Virus record (IMG/VR): IMGVR_UViG_2609459830_000010
DNA from: a virus
Lineage: Duplodnaviria; Heunggongvirae; Uroviricota; Caudoviricetes
Reading direction: 5' to 3' (one strand)
DNA length: 9,648 nucleotides
In this document: piece by piece, positions 1 through 5,815 of the stretch
Layout of the letters: every line of letters starts with the position of its first letter
Position numbering within the stretch: position 1 is the first letter of the stretch
Notes under the pieces: model-generated
Databases searched by the model: none
Seen by the model: the letters and a program-made list of their open reading frames with translations, nothing else
What the model was told of the DNA's origin: nothing
Program-made: the position numbers and the translations under genes

Positions 1-297
1 TTGTCTTCTCTGGTTATGGGCTGTACGCAACATAAAACAGATATGCCCCGACAATTGGTGAAGGCATTACCACAATATCCGGCCTATGCAGCGGCAAATT
101 ATATAAAGGGACGGGTTGATGTGAAGTTTGATATTGGTGCTGATGGTACTGTCACCCGAATTGAGTTTATCCGTTCAGAGCCGCACCATCTGTTTGATGA
201 GCAGGTTGTAAAGGCGATGGCAAAATGGCGATTTGAGAAGGACAGGCCGCGTAAAGGCGTGAAGAAAACGTTTATCTTTAGTCCTTCTGCACCCTGA
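1..297 (+). CDS. Lipoprotein consisting of a TonB C-terminal domain; 5-prime partial, true start lies upstream of the window
   Basis: Reading frame is open from base 1 and stops at 295-297. Window residues 4-8 are L-V-M-G-C, a lipobox-like motif, so the signal peptide must start upstream. The remainder (ALPQYPAYAAANYIKGRVDVKFDIGADGTVTRIEFIRSEPHHLFDEQVVKAMAKWRFEK) aligns by eye with the E. coli TonB C-terminal domain as recalled from memory (QPQYPARAQALRIEGQVKVKFDV..DGRV.NVQIL.AKPANMFEREVKNAMRRWRYE). Confidence 0.7.
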   Translation: MSSLVMGCTQHKTDMPRQLVKALPQYPAYAAANYIKGRVDVKFDIGADGTVTRIEFIRSEPHHLFDEQVVKAMAKWRFEKDRPRKGVKKTFIFSPSAP

Positions 298-428
298 TTA
301 TTTCATCAGAAATTAATTATCACTCTGTTGTTATTCTGTACATCCCGGCTGGGTAAGTCTTGTTCCGCCGGGTATGAAGATGAAATATTGTTGGAGGACA
401 GTGGGTACCTGCTCCTGTAACCGAACGT

Positions 429-629
429 TCATTTCTCGTTATTTGTCATGCTGGCCGTACGCAGATGCGTTGCATCTGTTGCCAGCCTTCTCCTGCAGGC
501 TTCAATAACCCACGCTGAAAAGTTACCGGACCCTTTATGCTCAAGGGCGATGTTGATCTGTTCAATCATCTGGTTTGGAAATCGGATGTTGCGGGTTGTT
601 GTTCTGCGGGGCCGGTTTTTCGATGACAT
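429..629 (-). CDS. Arc/MetJ-type ribbon-helix-helix DNA-binding protein (66 aa)
   Basis: Minus-strand ORF with ATG at 629-627 preceded by GAGGAAAG about 6 nt upstream on the minus strand. Basic N-terminal tail, then RNIRFP (beta strand), NQMIEQINIALEHKG (helix A), SGN turn, FSAWVIEACRRRL (helix B); this matches the P22 Arc pattern FNLRWPREVLDLVRKVAEENGRSVNSEIYQRVMESF as recalled. Only minus-strand gene in the window; AT-richer than the structural genes. Confidence 0.55.
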   Translation of the reverse strand: MSSKNRPRRTTTRNIRFPNQMIEQINIALEHKGSGNFSAWVIEACRRRLATDATHLRTASMTNNEK

Positions 630-670
630 TTTCTTTCCTCTGGTGACAAGCTATATGGCGAGGATTTTAC

Positions 671-1036
671 ATGGCTGTGCTTCGTACGTTACCGGGCAGA
701 ATCAAAACTCTGAACACCCGGCGGGTGAATGTCCTGAAGGGTGAACAGCGTCGTGTCAGTGGCAGTGCACGTGTTTCCCTCAAGCGTCATATCTGGCTCA
801 GGGATGCCGGGCAGTGCTGTCTCTGTGGTCGTGTGGTTGACCTCTGTGACAGTGAACTCGATCACCGAATTGCACTTCAGTTCGGTGGTGGTAATGAGGA
901 GACGAATCTCTGGACGCTCTGTACCGAATGCCATCGACAAAAGTCTGCTCGTGAAGCGGCGGGTGGTATGCCTGATCCGACGTTGCCTGAGCTTCCTGAT
1001 GGCACGCTCAGGGCCGACGGAATCACTGGCCTGTGA
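671..1036 (+). CDS. HNH endonuclease, phage packaging-associated type
   Basis: ATG at 671 with GAGGA about 8 nt upstream; stop TGA 1034-1036. Contains CCLCG...LDHRIALQFGGGNEETNLWTLCTECHRQK, i.e. Cys pairs flanking a His...Asn...His core typical of HNH nucleases. Sits immediately upstream of the terminase genes, the classic HK97-like arrangement. Confidence 0.85.
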   Translation: MAVLRTLPGRIKTLNTRRVNVLKGEQRRVSGSARVSLKRHIWLRDAGQCCLCGRVVDLCDSELDHRIALQFGGGNEETNLWTLCTECHRQKSAREAAGGMPDPTLPELPDGTLRADGITGL

Positions 1037-1128
1037 CCAGACCCGGGGGGGATCATCCGGCGAAAAAAAAAAGATCGCTTTGGACACCGCGCCCCCTCTC
1101 ACGCAGAGAAAAAATTCCCGTTTCAGGG

Positions 1129-1146
1129 CAGTTAACATGTTAACTG
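1129..1146. repeat. 18-bp perfect palindrome CAGTTAACATGTTAACTG
   Basis: Read directly from the sequence; the reverse complement is identical. It contains two inverted copies of the ATGTTAAC core. Confidence 0.9.
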
Positions 1147-1202
1147 GCTGCCCGGGCATTTTTGCGGTTTTTATCTTTATTATTCAGTTTGTTGTGCGGA
1201 AA

Positions 1203-1254
1203 AAATGTTAACAGGCTTTTTCAGCAAATGTTAACCAGGCAGCAGTTAACATTT
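1203..1254. repeat. Three copies of the 10-bp motif AAATGTTAAC: two direct (1203-1212, 1226-1235) and one inverted (1245-1254, GTTAACATTT)
   Basis: Read directly from the sequence. The direct copies are 23 bp apart; the inverted copy shares GCAGTTAACAT with the left arm of the upstream palindrome. Confidence 0.85.
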
Positions 1255-1326
1255 GCGGCATGAGACGCCGGGAAAAATGGGCTGAACCATACCCGGCTGA
1301 GTGCGTTCTGGACCCGGGAGGAGGCT

Positions 1327-1890
1327 GTGCTGACAACGCAAAAACGAAAATTTGCGCTGGCGCTCATGTCCGGGAAAAACAAAACAGCGTCAGCCATTGC
1401 CGCCGGTTATTCGGCGAAGACCGCCAGGGTTAAAGGCTCGCAGCTGGCAAAAGATCCGGAGGTGCTCGCGTTTATAGCCCGTAAACAGTGCGAAACGGTG
1501 GAGGTGGATGAGGTTCCTGTTTACCGGCAGAAAAAATCAGAGCAGGAGGATAAACCCCGTCGCCGTGAGGCGGCTGCAATACCACAGCCGGACGAAAACA
1601 ATCCGGAGATGCCACCGCCCGCGGTGATGTCTCATGGTATTGAATATATGGAGGATGGTCTTCCCGATCCGGTGAAAGCTATGGGGCAGATCCTGGTGGA
1701 AAACCTCAGCATTGATCCGAAACTGGCACTGGATGCGGCCTGGCGACTGGCGCAGTTCACACACCATAAAAAAGGCGATGCCGGTAAAAAATCGGCAAAA
1801 GGTGATGCCGCGAAAAAAGCGGCTAACCGTTTTGCGGTACCACCACCACCACGACTGGTGGTGAATAACGATAATGAGGGCAACGGATGA
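1327..1890 (+). CDS. terS: Terminase small subunit, P27 family
   Basis: GTG start at 1327 preceded by GGGAGGAGG; N-terminus MLTTQKRKFALALMSGKNKTASAIAAGYSAKTARVKGSQLAKDPEVLAFI matches the P27-family small-terminase N-terminal DNA-binding region as recalled. Charged, Lys-rich C-terminal tail. Stop overlaps the terL start (ATGA at 1887-1890). Confidence 0.85.
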   Translation: MLTTQKRKFALALMSGKNKTASAIAAGYSAKTARVKGSQLAKDPEVLAFIARKQCETVEVDEVPVYRQKKSEQEDKPRRREAAAIPQPDENNPEMPPPAVMSHGIEYMEDGLPDPVKAMGQILVENLSIDPKLALDAAWRLAQFTHHKKGDAGKKSAKGDAAKKAANRFAVPPPPRLVVNNDNEGNG

Positions 1891-3548
1891 TACCTGTATG
1901 GAGCACGGCCTGCCCGGACTGGGCAGAGCGCCTGAAAAAGGGGCTGTCGATTATTCCGGCTCCGATTTATCCGGACCAGGCTGCACATGCACTGGCGATT
2001 TTTAAACAACTGCGGATTGTGGATGCACCGGGTAGCCCGACATTCGGGGAGTCCTGTGCACCGTGGGTGTTTGACCTGGTGGCGGCCCTGTTTGGCTCCT
2101 ACGATGCGCAGACCGGTGTTCGCCATATCAAGGAAGTGTTTATCCTTATCCCCAAGAAAAACAGTAAGTCCACGCTGGCCGCGGGGATCATGATGACGGC
2201 GCTGTTACTGAACTGGCGGCAGGCGGCGGGCTACACCATTCTGGCCCCGACCGTGGAGGTGGCGGCTAACGCCTTCAACCCTGCCAGGGATATGGTACGA
2301 CGGGACGATGATCTGGATGACCTCTGTCAGGTGCAGACACATATCCGGACCATCACCCATCGGGTGACGGACACCACCCTGAAGGTGGTGGCAGCCGATC
2401 CGAATACGGTGTCCGGTATCAAGTCCGTGGGGACACTGATTGATGAACTGTGGCTGTTTGGCAAGCAGTACAAAGCGGAAGACATGCTACGTGAAGCCAT
2501 CGGCGGGCTTGCCTCCCGTCCGGAAGGGTTTGTGGTGTACACAACCACCCAGTCGAATGAACCGCCTGCCGGGGTGTTCAGACAGAAACTGCAGTACGCC
2601 CGGGATGTCCGTGACGGCAAAATTCATGATCCGCACTTTCTGCCGGTGATATTTGAACACCCTCCTGAAATGGTGGAAAGCGGGGCTCACCTGCAGATGG
2701 AAAACCTCGCCATGGTCAATCCGAATCTCGGTTATTCGGTGGATGAGGCCTTTCTGTACCGGGAGTACCGTAAAGCCCGGGAAGCCGGGGAAGAGACTTT
2801 CCGCGGTTTCATGTCAAAACACGCCAATGTGGAAATCGGTCTTGCCCTGCGTTCTGACCGCTGGGCGGGGGCGGATTTCTGGGAGCAGCAGGGCAGGCGC
2901 GTCAGCCTGGACGATATCCTGCAGCGCGCTGATGTGGTGACGGTGGGGATTGACGGCGGGGGCCTGGATGATCTGCTGGGAATGTACGTGACTGGCCGTG
3001 ACAGGGAAACCCGCGAATGGCTGGGCTGGGGCCATGCCTGGGTGCATGAAACCGCGGTGGTCAGACGGAAGAGTGAGGCATCCCGGTTTCAGGATTTTGT
3101 GGCCTGTGGAGACATGACGATTGTCCGTCGGGTCGGGGATGACACGGCGGAAGTGGCGGAGTATGTGCGTCGTATTCATGAGGCTGAGTTACTGGATCAT
3201 ATCGGTATTGACCCGTCAGGTGTGGGGCAGATTCTGGATTCACTGGCGGAAGCCGGGATCCCCGATGAGAGTGTGGTGGGGATAAGCCAGGGCTGGAAGC
3301 TGGGCGGGGCCATCAAAACCACCGAGCGCAAACTGGCTGAAGGGGTGCTGGTGCATGGTGATCAGCCCCTGATGGCCTGGTGTGTCGGCAATGCCCGGGT
3401 GGAGCCTAAAGGTAACGCCATTCTTATCACCAAACAGGCCAGTGGACGGGGAAAAATTGACCCGCTGATGGCGCTGTTCAATGCGGTCTCCCTGATGTCC
3501 CTTAACCCGGAACCGAAAAAGAAAGAATATGCGGTTTTTTTCATATAA
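1887..3548 (+). CDS. terL: Terminase large subunit (ATPase and nuclease)
   Basis: 553-aa ORF translationally coupled to terS. A P-loop-like segment (ILIPKKNSKSTLAAG) lies in the N-terminal half, and an acidic-residue-rich C-terminal half fits the nuclease domain. Size and position are typical of HK97-type TerL. Confidence 0.9.
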   Translation: MIPVWSTACPDWAERLKKGLSIIPAPIYPDQAAHALAIFKQLRIVDAPGSPTFGESCAPWVFDLVAALFGSYDAQTGVRHIKEVFILIPKKNSKSTLAAGIMMTALLLNWRQAAGYTILAPTVEVAANAFNPARDMVRRDDDLDDLCQVQTHIRTITHRVTDTTLKVVAADPNTVSGIKSVGTLIDELWLFGKQYKAEDMLREAIGGLASRPEGFVVYTTTQSNEPPAGVFRQKLQYARDVRDGKIHDPHFLPVIFEHPPEMVESGAHLQMENLAMVNPNLGYSVDEAFLYREYRKAREAGEETFRGFMSKHANVEIGLALRSDRWAGADFWEQQGRRVSLDDILQRADVVTVGIDGGGLDDLLGMYVTGRDRETREWLGWGHAWVHETAVVRRKSEASRFQDFVACGDMTIVRRVGDDTAEVAEYVRRIHEAELLDHIGIDPSGVGQILDSLAEAGIPDESVVGISQGWKLGGAIKTTERKLAEGVLVHGDQPLMAWCVGNARVEPKGNAILITKQASGRGKIDPLMALFNAVSLMSLNPEPKKKEYAVFFI

Positions 3549-3573
3549 CCCTGTTCACACTGTAACCATCACG

Positions 3574-3600
3574 AACCGCTGCGGCGGTTTTTTTATTTTC
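3574..3600 (+). terminator. Short hairpin plus T-tract, possible partial intrinsic terminator between terL and the capsid gene
   Basis: AACCGC (3574-3579), loop TGCG, GCGGTT (3584-3589), then TTTTTTATTTT. It lies between the terL stop (3546-3548) and the AGGAGG ribosome-binding site (3601-3606) of the next gene. The stem is only 6 bp, so it is weak. Confidence 0.35.
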
Positions 3601-3611
3601 AGGAGGCTGAT

Positions 3612-5549
3612 GTGACTCTTAAACGGGCCTGTTCCCTGCTGACGGTGAAATCCTTCAGTGAGGATGAACGGGTGATCACCGGGATTGCGTCAACGCCTTC
3701 TCCGGATCGGGATGGTGACATCCTGGAGCCGGAGGGCGCGGAGTTTGGCAGTGCGATCCCGTTTCTCTGGCAGCATGACCATTCCCGCCCGGTGGGGCAG
3801 TGTACGGTGCGCCGGGTCAGCGAAGGGCTGGAAATCACGGCAACACTGGTGAAGCCCGTACCGGATATGCCGTCGCAACTGGCTGCCCGGCTGGATGAGG
3901 TCTGGGCGGCCATTAAGACCGGGCTGGTCAGGGGGCTGTCCGTGGGCTTCCGTCCCCATGAATACACCTTTCTGGACGGAGGCGGACTGCATTTTCTGCG
4001 CTGGGAACTGATGGAGGTGTCTGCCGTCACCGTGCCCGCGAATGCGGAATGCACCATCCGGACCATTAAATCTTACGACCGCCCGTTTTCTGCCGCGTCC
4101 GGCAACCGGAAACCGGTGGTGAAAATCGCATCTTCTGCCGGCGCTGCGGCACAGTCAATAACCTCTTTTCATAAGGAAAAGTCAGCAATGAATACTGGTG
4201 AACAGATTAAAAGTTTTGAAAACAAGCGTGCGGCGCTGGCAGCCTCCCTTGAGGAGATCATGAACAAAGCCGCAGAGGAAGGCCGCACACTGGATGTGGA
4301 AGAGGAAGAGCACTACGACAACACCGCAGCGGAAATCCGTCAGGTGGATGCGCACCTGAAGCGTCTGCGTGAACTGGAAACCAGTAAGGCCGCCACGGCA
4401 CAGCCGGTGAAACAGGCCGGTAACGGGAATGTGGCCACGGTGGCTTCAGCGCCGGTGATCCGTGTTGAGCAGAAACTGGAGAAGGGGATTGGTTTCGCCC
4501 GCTTTGCCAAATCACTGGCCGCGGCTAAAGGTGTCCGCTCTGAAGCCCTGGAAGTGGCCCGTCGTCAGTATCCGGATGACAGCCGTCTGCATCATGTCCT
4601 GAAATCGGCGGTGGGGGCAGGGACCACCACGGACCCGCAGTGGGCAGGCAGCCTGTCTGAATATCAGGAATATGCGCAGGACTTTATTGATTACCTGCGT
4701 CCGCAGACCATTATCGGGCGATTTGGTCAGGGCGGGATCCCTGCACTTCGTCAGGTGCCGTTCAATATCCGCGTGCATGCCCAGGTGTCCGGCGGTGCTG
4801 CCGGCTGGGTGGGTGAGGGTAAGGCCAGACCCCTGACGAAGTTTGATTTTGAATCCATCACCTTCAGTCATGCGAAAGTGTCGGCCATTGCGGTACTGAC
4901 GGAAGAATTGATCCGTTTTTCCAGTCCGGCTGCTGATGCACTGGTCCGTAATGCGCTGGCGGAAGCGGTGGTGGCGCGTCTGGACACAGACTTTGTGGAC
5001 CCGAAAAAAGCCGCAGTGGCAGATGTCTCCCCGGCGTCCATCACCCATGATGTGAAGGGCACGGCATCAACCGGTAACCCGGATGCGGATGCCGAGGCCG
5101 CGTTTGGCCAGTTTGTGGCAGCAAACCTGCAGCCCACCGGTGCGGTCTGGCTGATGTCCAGCACCAATGCCCTGGCACTGTCCATGCGTAAAAATGCGCT
5201 GGGTCAGAAGGAATACCCGGACATGACCCTGCTGGGTGGCTCCTTCCAGGGGCTGCCGGTGATTGTCTCCCAGTACGTGGGTGACCAGCTGGTGCTGGTG
5301 AATGCCCCGGATATTTATCTGGCGGATGACGGCGGTGTGGCAGTGGATATGTCCCGTGAAGCGTCACTGGAAATGCAGTCTGAGCCGACCGGCGACAGCA
5401 CCACACCGTCCCCGGTGGAGCTGGTTTCCATGTTCCAGACCGGCAGCGTGGCCATCCGTGCGGAGCGCTGGATCAACTGGCGTCGTCGCCGTACCGCGGC
5501 GGTGGCGGTGATCACCGGTGTGAACTACGGCAGTGCGTCCGGCGGCTGA
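3612..5549 (+). CDS. Prohead protease (S78/HK97-type) fused to scaffold-like linker and HK97-fold major capsid protein
   Basis: GTG at 3612 with AGGAGG 5 nt upstream. N-terminal ~190 aa (ITGIASTPSPDRDGDIL...FLWQHDHSRPVGQ...GLSVGFRPHE...LMEVSAVTVPANAEC) matches the HK97 prohead protease pattern. Next comes a charged, helical, coiled-coil-like segment (EQIKSFENKRAALAASLEEIMNKAAEEGRTLDVEEEEHYDNTAAEIRQVDAHLKRLRELE) resembling a delta/scaffold domain, then a ~400-aa capsid-like region (LRPQTIIGRFGQGG...VPFN...). All are in one frame with no stop. Confidence 0.85.
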   Translation: MTLKRACSLLTVKSFSEDERVITGIASTPSPDRDGDILEPEGAEFGSAIPFLWQHDHSRPVGQCTVRRVSEGLEITATLVKPVPDMPSQLAARLDEVWAAIKTGLVRGLSVGFRPHEYTFLDGGGLHFLRWELMEVSAVTVPANAECTIRTIKSYDRPFSAASGNRKPVVKIASSAGAAAQSITSFHKEKSAMNTGEQIKSFENKRAALAASLEEIMNKAAEEGRTLDVEEEEHYDNTAAEIRQVDAHLKRLRELETSKAATAQPVKQAGNGNVATVASAPVIRVEQKLEKGIGFARFAKSLAAAKGVRSEALEVARRQYPDDSRLHHVLKSAVGAGTTTDPQWAGSLSEYQEYAQDFIDYLRPQTIIGRFGQGGIPALRQVPFNIRVHAQVSGGAAGWVGEGKARPLTKFDFESITFSHAKVSAIAVLTEELIRFSSPAADALVRNALAEAVVARLDTDFVDPKKAAVADVSPASITHDVKGTASTGNPDADAEAAFGQFVAANLQPTGAVWLMSSTNALALSMRKNALGQKEYPDMTLLGGSFQGLPVIVSQYVGDQLVLVNAPDIYLADDGGVAVDMSREASLEMQSEPTGDSTTPSPVELVSMFQTGSVAIRAERWINWRRRRTAAVAVITGVNYGSASGG

Positions 5550-5593
5550 GTCTGATGAGGAGGGCGGGAGGCGCGAGCTTCCCGCAGTAACTG

Positions 5594-5815
5594 ATGGCAA
5601 AAATCCGATATCTGCAGGGCACGCATGATGCCCGGGCCGGGGATATCCGTGATGTGGCACAGCCGTGTGCGGAGGTGCTGGTTCGCCTGGGGAAGGCGGA
5701 GTACATCACAGCGCGACGTCCGGCAGGTCAGAAAAAGAAACGTGATGCGGAGCATGGCGAATGTGGAACCTTTTGCGGCGAACCCGAAAAAACCAGAAAT
5801 CAGGACGTGACGTAA
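5594..5815 (+). CDS. Hypothetical small protein (73 aa), uncertain
   Basis: ORF between the capsid stop and the portal gene, overlapping the annotated portal start by 55 nt in another frame. No convincing Shine-Dalgarno directly upstream; a purine-rich GAGGAGGGCGGGAGG lies about 25 nt upstream. The N-terminal part looks protein-like (MAKIRYLQGTHDARAGDIRDVAQPCAEVLVRLGKAEYI). Confidence 0.25.
   Translation: MAKIRYLQGTHDARAGDIRDVAQPCAEVLVRLGKAEYITARRPAGQKKKRDAEHGECGTFCGEPEKTRNQDVT

Larger units (their letters stand above)
1037..1326. other. HNH-terS intergenic region; candidate cos/packaging-initiation and late-operon control region
   Basis: About 290 bp with no credible ORF. Contains a G7 run (1045-1051), an A10 run (1063-1072), an 18-bp perfect palindrome (1129-1146), three further copies of the same GTTAAC core (1203-1212, 1226-1235, 1245-1254) and an AT-rich block (about 1160-1200). 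Position between HNH and terS is where HK97-like phages carry cos. Confidence 0.4.

Noticed and set aside
344-372. Inverted repeat CCCGGC...GCCGGG downstream of the lipoprotein gene as an intrinsic terminator
   Set aside because: The 6-bp stem encloses a 17-nt loop and there is no following T-tract on either strand, so it does not fit a canonical rho-independent terminator.
448-744. 98-aa plus-strand ORF overlapping the RHH gene and HNH start
   Set aside because: No Shine-Dalgarno, Cys/Arg-rich unstructured-looking translation, and it conflicts with two better-supported genes (RHH on the minus strand, HNH from 671).
1160-1200. Sigma-70-like promoter in the AT-rich block upstream of terS (TTGCGG and TATTAT elements)
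   Set aside because: The spacing between the candidate -35 and -10 hexamers is about 10 bp, far from the 16-18 bp optimum. Not callable as a promoter from sequence alone.
689-1211. Two overlapping 156-aa ORFs (minus 689-1159, plus 741-1211) across the HNH gene and intergenic region
   Set aside because: They overlap the well-supported HNH gene in other frames and run through the homopolymer and palindrome region. They lack ribosome-binding sites and have non-protein-like composition; likely chance ORFs in GC-rich DNA.
1537-3243. Several antisense or alternate-frame ORFs inside terS and terL (for example minus 1632-2126, minus 2327-2620, minus 2814-3179)
   Set aside because: Shadow ORFs typical of high-GC coding sequence, with no ribosome-binding sites; the plus-strand terminase frames have clear family motifs.
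5565-5600. 11-codon mini-ORF starting at ATG 5565 within purine-rich GAGGAGGGCGGGAGG
   Set aside because: Too short and without support; the purine-rich run is more likely a ribosome-binding-like element or chance.
3599-5660. Antisense ORFs inside the protease-capsid gene (for example minus 3599-4066, minus 4512-5048, minus 5041-5406)
   Set aside because: Same reasoning: Arg/Pro/His-rich translations with no start signals, opposite to a strongly supported sense gene.
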